Part shown: piece by piece, positions 1-12,712 of the stretch
Layout: every line of letters starts with the position of its first letter
Position numbering within the stretch: the stretch's first letter is position 1
NCBI RefSeq assembly: GCF_006345805.1
Contig: NC_043014.1
Span: forward strand, 20,584,001 to 20,648,000
DNA length: 64,000 nucleotides
Reading direction: 5' to 3'
Source: Octopus sinensis
Lineage: Eukaryota
Program-made: the position numbers and the translations under genes
Notes under the pieces: model-generated
The model's database searches: none
The model's input: the letters and a program-made list of their open reading frames with translations, nothing else
What the model was told of the DNA's origin: nothing

Positions 1-339
1 TGTTGAAGCTGAGGTAATGCTGGCAGACCTAATCCGTCGTCTAGTTTAAACTTCCCAAACGGACACTTTGGTTGTTTAATTAGGCTTCAGTGTCTTACAA
101 ACATCCGGATAAACTTGTTAGTTTAGAGACAACTTCGTCTAATAATCTTACATCACTCGGTTTCTCAGTCAGTGGCCATGTGCAATGCCTTTACTCCCGA
201 CTAAAAAGAATTATATACACATACATTAATAACACATACACATATATGCACGCAGCATAGCATATATATATACCGACCAAAGGCGGTATACCAGCATGGC
301 TGCAGTCAAATGACTGAAGCAAATAAAAGAATATATATA

Positions 340-1060
340 TATATATATAGTTGAAATTTACAGAACAACAAAAGACGAAGACAGGTGTAGATACAACAAG
401 CAGGTGTATTAGTTTGATGCTCAGGAAGGTGAGAAAGTATTTTACGTTTCAAGCCTACGCTCTTCAAAAGAAACGAACGCGATGAAATAAACAAAGAGAA
501 TAAAAACCTCTGGAGTTAGCGGACAATCATGGCGACCGATTGAACGAAAGTAGTTAGGCAGGAGAGCTAGGAAGAAGGGGGGATGATAAAGTACTGGTGA
601 TCCCAAAACGAAGGTGCGTGTGCGTATGTGTATGTGTGAATGTCTAAGTGTGTGCGTGTGGATAGAGGCTGGTGACTTTGACATGTGGATGTGTGCGTAT
701 GTAAGTCTGTGCGTCTGTAATGTGTGTAATGTGTGATGGTGTAGGTGCTGGGAGGTGGTCAGCGTTAGTATGTGCGAAGTGGTGAGGTGATGTGGTATGA
801 TTTGGTGGTTTGTGGTGTGGTGTGGCAGCGTTGGGTGTGGGGAGGTGAGAATGGGGTGTGGGTTTGTAGTGAGGATGTTGGGATGGGTTGAGGATGTCGG
901 GGTAGGGGTCGAATATGTGGGAGTGGGATACTTGGGGTGGGGAAGATAGAAGGGTACCAATCAAAGGACAAGGTGGGTAGGAGTGAAGAGAGGAGGTAGG
1001 TGCCAGATGAAGAGAGTAGGGGAGGAGAGTCAGATGTAGATGAAGATTTGTACTCTACCA
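340..1060 (-). mobile_element. Non-coding 3' end/pLTR fragment of a Penelope-like element, related to the element at 60850-62925
   Basis: Shares 'acaaaagacgaagacag..gtattag..ttttacgtttc(g/a)agcctacgctcttc', 'aaggtgcgtgtg' and the GT/GA-rich tract with 60850-61340. Degenerate hammerhead at 440-473. Confidence 0.65.
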
Positions 1061-1829
1061 AATACATTGTGTATTCCTCAATTTAATGTAATTTTCTTTC
1101 TATTATAACAAGAAAACAAATACACAAATATATATGAGTGTTAGTATATGTGTGTGCGTTTCGGTGTGTGTGCGTGTGTGTGTGTATTCATGCATACATG
1201 TATGGATGTGTGTGTGTGTGTGTGTGTGTTGCCTTTTGTTGTAAAGACTGTCGGAAAACTGCCTATGAGGTAACTTTTCTGATCGTGATTATGATAAAGA
1301 ATGATTGAGATTTAGCAAAAAAGAACAGGTAATATTTGTTGAAACTGAATATACAAAACAGTTGAAAATTAAAACGTAGGTATTCGCCTTATCCCGCCAC
1401 GTATCTTCCCATTTCCATCACAGAACGTATGTATAAAGTTTAGTGTTTATGGGAAGAGAGGCAGGGGGGGATAAAAATGAAGAGAAAGACAAAGACAAAG
1501 TAAGTGGAAATTAGATAGGTATACAAATTGATGAATTGTCAGATAACTAGATACTTTATATAGTTTTATGAATAGAAACAAATGACATATCACACTTCTG
1601 ATACAATCCATCGAGGCAATAACAACTGTTGTAAATTATCACACAGTGTGTGGTGATGGTCGTGGTAGCGTCGGCGGCGGTGGCGGCGATGGTGGTGGTG
1701 AGGAGGAGGAGGAGGAGGAGGAGGTGAGGACAAATGGACGTCACGAATTGAAATACAACGATTCAACTCTAAACATTAAAATATTTGACGACGCATGGTA
1801 AAAAAAAATCTTTCTTACTACAATAGGTA

Positions 1830-2850
1830 CAAAGTCTGAAAATGTGTGGAGATAGGGCAAGTCGACTACATCGAAACCCCACTGTTCAAATGGAACTCAT
1901 TTTATCGACCGTGAAGGGCGAAAAGCAAATGAAAGTCAGCCTCTAAATAATTTGAAATTAGAATGAAAGGAACCGGAAAAAAATATCGGTAAGCATTTCT
2001 GTTCGGCGTGCTAAAGATTGAACCATCCTGTCACTTTTGAAATTGTTTCTAATTTCAGCACAACTGCAATAAGAGTTTAGTCGGTTACATCAAGCTCAAT
2101 AGTTAACTGGTACACATTTTATCTCTTTTATGGAAGGAGAAAAAATAAAGTCGACTGCGGCAGGATTTAAAGTCAAGAAGCCAGAAGAACAACTGCTATG
2201 CATTTTATCCGATGATTAAACACCTGTACGGTCTGAAATGTGAGAAAAGATGGATTAGTTGCTGCCACATTAGAACTTAGAGTGGTACTTTCTTTTATCG
2301 GCTCCAGGGGGTGATGAGAAGCAAAAGTTAACCTCGGCGGTGTTTGAATTCAAAGTGTAAGCAGCTGGATTAAACTCTTAACGCTTTAACGATTCTTATT
2401 TTTTTATTGCCCACAAGGAGATAAACATAGAGAGGATAAACAAGGAGAGACAAAGGTATTAAGTCGATTACATCGACCCCAGTGCGTAACTGGTACTTGA
2501 TTTATCGACCCCGAAAGGACGAAAGGTAAAGTCGACCTCGGCGGAATTATATATATATATATATATATAATTATAAAATATATGTAAATTTGAACGTAAC
2601 GGCAGACGAAATACCTATTTCTTAATTACCCACAAGGGGCTAAACATAGAGGAGACAAACAAGGACATACATAGGTATTAAGTCGCTTACATCGACCCCA
2701 CTGCGTAACTGGTACTTAATTTATCGACCCTGAAAGGAAGAAAGGCAAAGTAGACCTCGGCGGAATTTGAACTCACAACGTAACGACAGACGAAATACGG
2801 CTACGCATTTCGTCCGGCGTGCTAATGTTTCTGCCAGCTCGCCGCCTTAA
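1830..2850 (-). mobile_element. Cluster of about 5 tRNA-derived SINE copies with a Meta/MESC-like central domain
   Basis: Repeated 'gtcgattacatcgaccccagt..ctggtact..tttatcgaccccgaaagga..aaaggcaaagtcgacctcggcggaatttgaactc' blocks. The tRNA-like head is at about 2760-2848. Confidence 0.85.
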
Positions 2851-2959
2851 CACTTTAACGATTCTATCACTCCGCACTGCGTTCTTTTATTGACACAAGG
2901 ATAATAAATGATGGACAGGTTTCAAAACATGTGGTTGGGAGTATTATCGAAATACAGTA

Positions 2960-4200
2960 TATTAATGGAGGACCACTATCTTGAGTAATTCAAGGAACGT
3001 TGCAAACTTAGGGTTAAGTGCTGTATTCCAGGTGCCATTCTTCGGCTTACAGACGCATACTCGTAGGGCTATACTCGTCGGTTTCAACCACATTTTAACA
3101 AATTCACTGGAGTTCAGGATCTCCCTTTCCACCCTCACAATCTTTTTCCAGAGGATCTTCAAACAAATGAATAAGTGCTTTATAGAAAAGGTGTGTGTTC
3201 CCAGTCCATTCCATCACCCTTTCTTCTTCAAATGAAGGCTCAGTGATATTAGAATGGGATGAACTAGTTGCTTGACCCGTCGGGCATGTGACAATAGCTA
3301 GCTGGTTTACAAAATCGGACACTTACCGATGACAGTGTCTGTTTCTTTATTGGACAGAAAGGCCCATACAAACAACACAAAACGTGTAGGGGGTATATAA
3401 CATAATATAATGAACAAAATATCATTCAAAATAGTTTTAAAATTTTGCACAGAAAGCCAACCTAAATAATACAAATATAAACACATCAACACTTTAATGA
3501 GAAACTGCCACCCGGTTAAGATCAAGGCACCCCATCATTTGAGTCTCCTCTGCATCAATTCTCTTTGACAAGTTGAATGCTCTTAAATTGTCAATCCCCT
3601 CTGCATTATCAGCCTTAACCAAGCCGCAAAATTTTCCTTATCCTTTTAACCGTCTTCCACCAGCTATTGATATGCCACAAAGTGGCTTTTACCAACTCCC
3701 TATCATCTTGTGTTGTTTGGTACTTTTTCTCTATTCTCTCGGAAACCAGCATAGTATTTGATATGTCTTCTTTTAGGGACTATAAAATCAACTACATTAT
3801 ACTTGTCTTTTCAAAATATTCTAAATTTCAGAAAGTATAAGTGGGCATGCACCTCTTGAGGGACTTCTATCCTCTTTCCTACATTTTGACTAGCCTAAGC
3901 CCGTTTTTTTAACAATTGTTATGATTTCTGACACTCTCTCAATCTCTTGCTCACAAACTGCAAGACGAACAGTTGATGCAACAGCTCTTAGCCTCTACTC
4001 AGTCTTTCCGTTCTTTAGTCGTTCATGCTGGTGTTAGTGACGCAGAAAATGAGACGATTTCGTTTGCTTCCGCTCAGGTTACTTCCGGATCTGTGGCCGG
4101 TACTGCCTTGGAAACTGAGGCACTTGCAGCCCTTGCTTCGTTGTCCCTCTTATTGCTTCAGCTTCTGATATTATTTGCATTTTATGTTCTTTCCATCTTC
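2960..4200 (-). pseudogene. Possible heavily decayed retroelement ORF1/gag-like sequence
   Basis: Non-repetitive, coding-like composition with many stops and a frameshifted C-X2-C-like motif near 3285-3325. No intact ORF. Confidence 0.25.
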
Positions 4201-4744
4201 TGAGCAGAAGGCTTTCAAATAATAGTATTGTTGAACCTGGCAGTTGTTGGTGGCTATGACGTTGTTGTTTTGTTTAATCCCCGTTCGATAATGACTAAGC
4301 AATTACATAAGCAAAGACGTTTCATCCCTGACCATCTTGTCTTGTTTTGAAACTGTATATCAATGGCTACATTATCCAATGTAACCCATGTTTTTAAGGC
4401 AATAGAAGGATGTCACTTCAGAAAGAACTACCTTTTATTTATAGCATGTAGACGTTTCTTCGTTGACTTTTGATGGCTATAATAGTTGTTTATAATTATA
4501 ATAGCAATTACGAGTGGGATCCGTAGGAATTCAACGTTTTATAAATATTCTCATTCATTTCATAGTCTGTTGCATTATATTAATATTTTTAATTGTGTTT
4601 TCGATGTTGTTTCACAACTGAGGTTAAAAGTGTGACACTCAAACACATGTGATAAGGAAATTGGCGTTATTGGTTCTTAGCTGTAATAATTAGTTTTGTT
4701 TGTAAGAATATCTTGTACTGGTGGCTGTAATATTTTATATTTCT

Positions 4745-4952
4745 ACTATAGGCACAAGGCCTGATATTTTGATGGACAGTTCTAGTCGATTACATCAACC
4801 TCAGTACTCAAATGGTACTTATTCTATTGACCTAGAAAGAATGAAAGGCGAAGTTGACCTCAACGGAATTTCAAACTCAGGACGTAGAACCGGAAGAAAT
4901 GCCACTAACCGTTTTGTTCGGCATGCTAATGATTCTTCCAGCTCGCCACCTT
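4745..4952 (-). mobile_element. tRNA-derived SINE (Meta-domain family)
   Basis: Same motifs as the 1830-2850 cluster. Confidence 0.8.
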
Positions 4953-5296
4953 ATTTGGTGGTTGTAATATTAAAAAGCTGTAAAACACATGAAGATACTG
5001 TCAACAGCAACAGTTGTGGGAGTTTGTGTTTCTTTAGCCCCTGTTCTGCTCTCAACTAGCAAACCTGTGAACAAAGACATTTCTGCCACGACTATCGCGT
5101 CTAATTTTTAAGCAATGTGTTCTCCGAGCTATGTCATTCAACGTGTCCATTATTTAAAACGAAAGGATGTGGTTTGAGAAAAACTTGTTAATTTTTCTAG
5201 CACATAGTTGTAGTCTCAGTGGTGACTAAATATCTATATATATATATACCATTAAACACTGACCATATACATCGATATGATAATTTGTTTTACTCC

Positions 5297-5588
5297 TTGT
5301 CGAGCTATACTTGGCTCATAAGGGCCGGTTCCCCGGTTTCCTTGGCGTATAGGTTCCCCACCTGGACGGGACGCCGATCCGTCGCAGGTGAGCTGCAAGA
5401 TGCAGGAGGAAAGAGTGAGAGAAAGTTCTGGCGAAAGAAACAGCAGAAGTTAGACATTACCTTCTGCCGGAGCCGCGTGGAGCCTAGGTGTTTCGCTCAT
5501 AAACACACACATCGCCCGGTCTGAGATTCGAACCTGCGATCCCTCGACCGCGAGTCCGCTGCTCTAATCACTAGGCCATGTGCCTCCA
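5297..5588 (-). mobile_element. tRNA-derived SINE, GC-rich family
   Basis: Minus strand has an A box (tggcctagtgattag) and a B box (ggttcgaatc), followed by a non-tRNA body. Confidence 0.75.
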
Positions 5589-5749
5589 CGATATAATAGT
5601 TAGTGGCATAAAATATATTCAGATGCTGGTCTCAGATAAAGTAGCTAATAGTGCAACTTTTCTTTAAATACTGTGGGAGAAAGCGAAATTGTTGGTGTGA
5701 CAGTTGTATAACATATAGTGAAATTAATAGTCAATATGTGGACACAATG

Positions 5750-5952
5750 AGGTGGTGAGCTAGGGAAACTGTTAGCATGCTGGGCAAAATGATTAGCGGC
5801 ATTTCGTTTGTCTTCATGTCCTGAGTTAAAATTCCGATGAGGTTGACTTTGCGTTTCGGGGTCGATAAAATAAGAACCAATTGAACACTAGTGCTGATGT
5901 AATCGACTTTGCCTCTCCCAGAAATTCCTGGCCTTGTGCCAAACTTTGAAAC
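5750..5952 (+). mobile_element. tRNA-derived SINE (Meta-domain family)
   Basis: 'ggtggtgagctagggaaactgttagca..ctgagttaaaattcc..gtcgataaaataag' matches the family. Confidence 0.75.
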
Positions 5953-6449
5953 CGATATGTGAATAAATTAGTAGAAAATATAGTAAAACATGATGTAGGA
6001 AAGATAAAATATTTACTAGAACATTATACAGTCAAGTATTGAAAATATATGTAGGTATAATTATATTATTATCTGCAGTCAAACATTGACCACATATATA
6101 GACGCAGCAGTTAATTATACAACATACATTCATATATTAACAATATATGTAGATATAAAAGTAAAGAGTACGATATACAATCAAATATTCAGCACATGTG
6201 TAGATAAAATATTTAGTAGTAGAAATACACATATTAATAATAATTTAGATAAAATAATAGTACAACATGCATTATGGGCAACATATGTAGAGATTATGGT
6301 TATTAGTGCACAGCACATCCAAATATTGATCATATATAGTTAAAACTTTTATTTTTTCATTTTTTAGCACTGTGATTGACAGTCCTACAACTGGGATGAA
6401 TTGCCTGCTTCTGAAAATCTAAGGACTGAAGAAATTAAAACTCTCTTAC

Positions 6450-7630
6450 CTTTCTTGTCTTTCCAGCCAGGAATTGTAATCCACACCAATATTGAAACGT
6501 CTGTATATTAAATCCTTAAAAGATGAGCGGCTTTTTTTCTTCTTTCGCACATTATGATTGCTTGGAATGTTCGAGAGTGATTTCATCACTTCTTTCTTGG
6601 TAAAATCAACGGCAGAAATAGATCGATGATAAAAGTTTGCGGCATTATTTTTATTATCATCTTCGGATCTTGAAGATATATGTGTGATATCACTGTATTG
6701 TCTTTGAATCGCTTTCGAATTTCTTATTCTGGCAGGTCGTTTTTGCATTGGTAGACATTGCTTACCCCAGAAGAAATTAGTTGAGATCACAGGACTATCT
6801 GTTCGTACTTGGTATAAAGAAAAACTGCTCTTCAACTTAACGTTTACATGGTGGCCACCACTTGCTTTCGCCTTCTCCTTTGTTTTCTCATCACTACTCT
6901 TTTCATAGCTTTTGTAGCTGTTGTTATTGCTTTCTGTGTGTATTTCGCTATCAAGAGGATCCCACAGTAATTCAGAAGAGTATGATGAAGAACTCTTTCT
7001 GAGTAGTCTTTTACTAATAGAATCCTTTGCTTCCGATTCTTCTTTTCTGCTTCTCCTATGCCGTCCTAACGAATTCTTATGACTAATTCTTTCCCTACTT
7101 AAACTCGAGTTGGAATCAACAGCTTCAACACGTTTTCTTTCTAAATTTTCTTCAATGTTCCACGGCAAATTACTACGATCGTCAACCCGGTCATATTCAA
7201 CTTCCGGAAACTTTGCATCATTTCCGAGCACATCCTTGGCATCATACATATCTTTGCTAAAATAGTCCCCATTATCTTGATTTTGGTTATTTTTAACACA
7301 GGTTCCATCTTCATCATATTCGAGACCTACAACCGAATGAAAATCTTCCTCTTGCCAAAATGTGGGATTCTCTGGACTCACTTTCTTGTAAGACTGTAGA
7401 CTTACTTTCTCTTTTGTTAGATTATCTAATTCTTTGGAATGACAGGGTAAATCTATGCTTCGACTGTGCCGCAGATTGAGAGGTAAAATATTCCACATAA
7501 TATCTGAACACAGATCGTGTTTGTGTGTGGAACTATCACGTAACTGGTAATCTGGGTGGCGAACTACTCCAATACATCGTTTCTCTTTCTTGCTTAAAGA
7601 TCTGTGAAAGTTTTCTTCGCCTGAAGACAT
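6450..7630 (-). CDS. Large coding exon of an unidentified host gene (393 codons + 2 nt; Ser/Lys/Glu-rich, probably disordered N-terminus)
   Basis: 394-aa ORF in unique sequence. Acceptor 'tttctctattcacag' ends at 7651 and donor 'GAAAG|gtaag' follows 6450, so the ORF-track stop is the donor site. An in-frame TGA 3 codons before the ATG at 7630 suggests that ATG is the start. No domain recognised. Confidence 0.8.
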
Positions 7631-7689
7631 TGTCAGTCAGTTAGCATAATCTGTGAATAGAGAAATAAATAATGATTTCTATTTTTCGT

Positions 7690-7957
7690 TTACTTGTTTC
7701 CGTCATTAGATTGCGGCCATGCTGGGGCACCGCCTTGAACATTTTTTAGCCGAATAAATAGTCCCCAGCACTTATGTTTTGTTAAGACTGGTATTTATTT
7801 TATCGGGGTCTTTTGCCGAACCCTTAAGTTACGGAGACGTACAACAACAACGGTTGTCCAGCGATGGTGGGGGCACAAACACAGATATAAAGACACACAC
7901 ACTCACACACACACGCACGCATGCACACACATGCATACATACACATACCTATATATG

Positions 7958-7988
<31 letters not shown>

Positions 7989-8065
7989 ATATATATGTAT
8001 GTATGTATATATATATATACATATACATATATATATATATATGTATGTATATTATATACATATAC

Positions 8066-8123
<58 letters not shown>

Positions 8124-8128
8124 GTATG

Positions 8129-8182
<54 letters not shown>

Positions 8183-8248
8183 CATATACATATATATATA
8201 TATATGTATGTATATATATTATATACATATACATATATATATGTATGT

Positions 8249-8282
<34 letters not shown>

Positions 8283-8296
8283 ATATATATATGTAT

Positions 8297-8329
<33 letters not shown>

Positions 8330-8373
8330 ATATATTATATATATGTATGTATATATAATATATATACATATAC

Positions 8374-8405
<32 letters not shown>

Positions 8406-8420
8406 ATATATTATATATAC

Positions 8421-8481
<61 letters not shown>

Positions 8482-8580
8482 GACGAGGCTACAGTAGAAG
8501 ACCCTTGCCCAGGTGCTACGCTGTCGAAATAAAGCCGGAAACAAATGATTGGGAAGCAAGCTTCTTAACACACAGCCATT
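7690..8580 (-). mobile_element. tRNA-derived SINE (major family) split by a ~560-bp (TA)n/(TACA)n expansion
   Basis: 3' part 'gcggccatgctggggcaccgcctt..' at 7690-7890, head 'ggaagcaagcttcttaacacacagcc' at about 8550-8578, microsatellite at 7920-8480. Confidence 0.75.
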
Positions 8581-8918
8581 ATGAGAAAAAGCAAGAGATT
8601 TTAGAGAAGAGAAATATATTTGAGCAAATCGATTCTAACAAATCATTTGTATTTTTATCGACCCTAGACGGGTGAAAAACAAATATTAACTTAATACAAA
8701 ACAACAACATTTGAAATATCATTTTAGAATACTAAACTTTAGTAGACTTTTTAAATGTTAGAGAATAGACTGCAGATTCCACAACGCTATCATCTTCATC
8801 TGACACGGTGAGATCATTAAAATCTAGAATGATGTAAAAACGAAAACTAGGGAAAAGATACATGAAAACGTACATGTCGACAACAATGGACAAATATGAT
8901 AAAAGCTTCAAACAAATT

Positions 8919-9200
8919 CACAGTGCGGTGAATAAATTGTAGTCTAAATTGCGCAAACATGAAAATAACACTGACATCTCGTTTTAACAAATGTATTTAC
9001 CAAAATTATATTAAAATGCCTTAAAAAACTAAAGAGTAAATTTATACAATAAAATCGCCAATGGCTTCAACCACGGCCTCCAGACGACTTCGGAATCTCC
9101 TGCAACTCTTCTGGGCGGTTTCCTTGTTTAAGTTGGTGAATGCTGCCATAATTCTTGAATTCAGTTCATCTTTGGTGTTACAAGAAGTTTTTTGGTCTCT
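8919..9200 (-). mobile_element. Tc1/mariner transposase C-terminal fragment and element end
   Basis: Translation 'NTKDELNSRIMAAFTNLNKETAQKSCRRFRSRLEAVVEAIGDFI' is typical of a Tc1/mariner C-terminus. Confidence 0.7.
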
Positions 9201-9399
9201 CGCAGTACAGTAAGTCGTTTCCAGATGTGTCGAGGAAATTGGCTGGAAAATGAACGTCAATGCAAAAAAGCAAATTTACAAGTGATTAGGAGATAATTAA
9301 TGACAAAATAAGTTCTTCGGCTTAATATCTGTTATTATTGGAGCTACTGGTATATGGATTGAAGCTACTAATAGAACTAATGACAGACACCCATCCTAT

Positions 9400-10521
9400 T
9401 GCTATACACTAGTATACCAATAAGAAACTTGATGGAAATGTTGACCTTCTGTGTATAAACTACCTATTTCAGTATGGACACTGATATATATCGACAAGAA
9501 GAGGGTTTAGCTATGAGAGGGTTTAGGATCAGCACCACTAAAACCAACCCTATGGCTTCGATATGTTGATAACACCTTTATTATCTGGCCCCACCAGGAA
9601 GATTCCAAGTGCTGTTAAGTCATGTGAACTCAATAAAACCATCCATACAGTTCACAACGGAAAAGAAAAAAGACAATCAGCTGGACGCAAGTATAGATTC
9701 AGGACAACCGTATACCGCAAGCCGACCTTCCCTGGACTATACCCTAACTTCAATTGCCACCATCCATACAGTGAAAAGAGAGGAATTACTCAGTACCTAA
9801 AACATTGAGCAAAGAATATAATTAGCGATCGTGGTACCCACCACGAAGAAATGATTAGGCTCAGTAACAATCTATTAAGCAATAACTACCCCAAAAACAT
9901 ACTATCTACTCCAATTATGAAGAAAAGTCTGTCTACCCTATGTGAAAGGCCGCTCCAAAAAGATACAAAAGATATGCGGCCCATATGACATCAGGACAGT
10001 ATTCAAGAGTAATACAACACTTCGCAAATATCTCCTTCGGATAAAACCACCAACAGAAGAGAATATGACCAAAAACTGCGGGTACTCCATCCCCTGCAGC
10101 CGTGGTAGGTTATACAAAGGCAAAACATGCCGCCCCATCAAAATAAGGGTAGAAGAACATCGCAAAGCTGTGACACGAGGAGATATTGATAAATCGGGTA
10201 TAGCTGATCATGTATGGAAAAATGGAGACCACCTCCCTCTGTGGAATGAAGTTAAATACTAGACAGAGAGCCAGAGAACATCACTGGAAAATACGAAAAC
10301 TAAAATCAGCAGCACATATGCTACGACACAAGAACCTCCTAAGCAGACCGAGTACAGATATGAATAGCATATGGGAACTGGTATTAAGGAAGGATAGGAA
10401 AATATTTGATTTATAAGCCCTATAATTCACTCCATAATTGCCCACGGCGTAGTGGATAAGAGCGCGGGCTACTAACACTAAGATTCCGAGTTCGATTCCA
10501 GGTAGTGACCTGAATAATAAC

Positions 10522-10552
<31 letters not shown>

Positions 10553-10659
10553 TCGAAAAATACCTCAGGAAAGATAACCCAGGTTCGAAATTTCTTCAAG
10601 ACATACGATGAAGCTGGAGGATGTATCAACCGAAACACTTAACAACAAACAAGATGAGG

Positions 10660-10662
<3 letters not shown>
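9400..10662 (+). mobile_element. Degenerate Penelope/Poseidon-type PLE: RT fragments, GIY-YIG, tRNA-like segment, (AAT)n and pLTR
   Basis: RT motifs 'YRQEEGLAM', 'LLSHVNSIKPSIQFT' and 'TTVYRKPT..HHP'. GIY-YIG 'GYSIPCSRGRLYKGKTCRPIKIRVEEH'. Contains frameshifts and stops. Confidence 0.85.
10445..10510 (+). other. tRNA-derived segment with Pol III A/B boxes (not a functional tRNA)
   Basis: A box 'cggcgtagtggataag', loop CTACTAA, B box 'gagttcgattcc'. The acceptor stem does not pair. Confidence 0.7.
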
Positions 10663-10694
<32 letters not shown>

Positions 10695-10990
10695 CGCACG
10701 CACAAATATATATATATATATATATTTGTGCGTGCGCGCGCGCGTGTGTGTCCTCATCTTGTTTGTTACACACACACACATATATATATATCATGAGTGA
10801 TAAAATCCTAGTGCAAGCGTGAATATATAGTCACGAATAATGCACAGAAAGATCACATCCTTAAATTCTAAAACCCGCATGAGGGTGAAGTAACCCAGAG
10901 ATAAAAGCATCGGCTAAAAGAACTCTGGAAATCGAGTGCATAGCGAAGAAGAATGACCGACAAACAGCAAAAGACCCATAGAATTTTTTT

Positions 10991-11205
10991 ATACGTAAAT
11001 ATACGATTAAAAGATGTCAGCAGGCATAGTCTCTACAGCTGTTTCATGTGATTCATGAATAGTTAATATGACAATGCATATCTTGCAAGCAGGTGCAATA
11101 CTGAGGCAGTATTAATCATACTAATCGATACTAGTCACGAATCATTTGAAACAGCTGTAAAACAAGACCTGCTAACATTATGCGGACAGTGTATTTTTAG
11201 CGTAT
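10991..11205. repeat. Diverged inverted repeat, probably an old PLE pLTR foldback
   Basis: Core arms 11014-11063 and 11130-11178. Each strand reads GAAACAGCTGTA. Flanked by (TA)n. Confidence 0.6.
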
Positions 11206-11255
11206 ATTTTTCATATCAGTATATTCTTTTCACCTTTTATTGAAAGTGCGTCATT

Positions 11256-11292
<37 letters not shown>

Positions 11293-12712
11293 TATTTCTC
11301 TTTTAAATTTGGAGTATATTTTGACCAGCCACCTGATTGACAGTAAAGTTAGGGAGGAAAGCATTTTTCTTTCCCTGTTTGTCATCAATTAATCCTTACG
11401 TTCTTGCAGAGATTTATTAAACCAGATAACGTGATAATTTATTGCTTATGAGTTAAAGAGGTGCATTGTTTCTTCAAGAATCCAAGTTCAACTATACTTT
11501 GGTGGTGGTGGTGGTGGTGGTGGTGGTGGTGGTGGTGGTGGTGGTGGTAGAGGCGGCGGTAGTGGCGATGGAAGTGACGCTGGTGTTAGTGATGGAGGTG
11601 TATGTGACAGCTGCAATGACAGCTAGTGTAGTTGTTATTATCGTAATCGTATATATTTAATGTTGTTGCTATTGTTGCTCTTTAGGCGTTTATTACTATT
11701 TTACTAAAGTCGTATTTACTGATGTGGCTTCTAAATCAACTTGATGTGATATCTCTGAGTCAGATTGTGTATGTTTGTGTGAGAGACAGAGAGAGATAAT
11801 GTGAGAGAGAGAGTGAGGAAGTGAGAGTTAGGGTGAGAGAGTGAGAGAGAGATACAGAAACAGTGCCGTTGGATATATCTGTATGTCTTGTGTGTGTTAT
11901 AGATTTGTCTAATCTGTTCTTTGTGAGTGCGTGGTTGTATGTAGTATGTTATATGCTTGCAATTTAATTGTGAATAATCTGCTACGCATTTTGCATTCTG
12001 TTTGTGTGTATATATGTATGTGTGTTTGTTCATATTCGTTTTATCTGTGTTTTCTGTATGAGAATGTATGCGTTGTGTATCTTACATTTGTGCCTGTGTG
12101 TGTTAGGTTTCTATATAAAACGTTTTGCGTGTGTTGCATTGCCTATATATATTTGTGTCTGAGTATGTGTGCTTATGTGTTTGTATATGTCTCTTATAAT
12201 TGTAATTAATCATTAGTTTGTTTCTGTGCATATGCGTTTGTATGGCTATGGATGTGTGTATGCTTGTGGGTGTAGATTTGCATAACAATGTGTGCGATGA
12301 TGTATTTGTTGTATGTTTGTAGTATTTGCGTCAAATCCGTTTTATATGCACATGTATAAATGGACGCATACATAGCTTCGTGATTAAAAACTTCGCTTTC
12401 TGGCAATCACGAAACTCCAGTTTCGATTCCATAGGGTAGCATCTTATACAAGTGACTTAACATCACCTCAGCTTGACTCAGATCGTATTTTGCTGACAAA
12501 AACTGAAGAAGTTCATCGAACGGATTGTACATATATGTGTAAGTGTGTAGTTAAGAAGCTCGCCTTGCAACAATGTGATCTTCTACTATGGCCACAGGCC
12601 GAGCAATTACTTGCATGTCAAAATGGTAGACAGAAATTATATGGAAGCTCGTCGTAAATAAATGTGTGTGTGTGTGTCTGTGCATGTATGTATGTATGTT
12701 TGTATTATAAAG

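Noticed and set aside
7779-8571. Long YI/IY-rich ORFs, and similar CV/HT/MYVC ORFs throughout the window
   Set aside because: They are translations of (TA)n, (CA)n and (TATG)n microsatellites.
10598-10640. Hammerhead in the 10.6-kb pLTR
   Set aside because: The core is mutated (ACGATGA) and stem III/I is deleted. Counted only as a relic.
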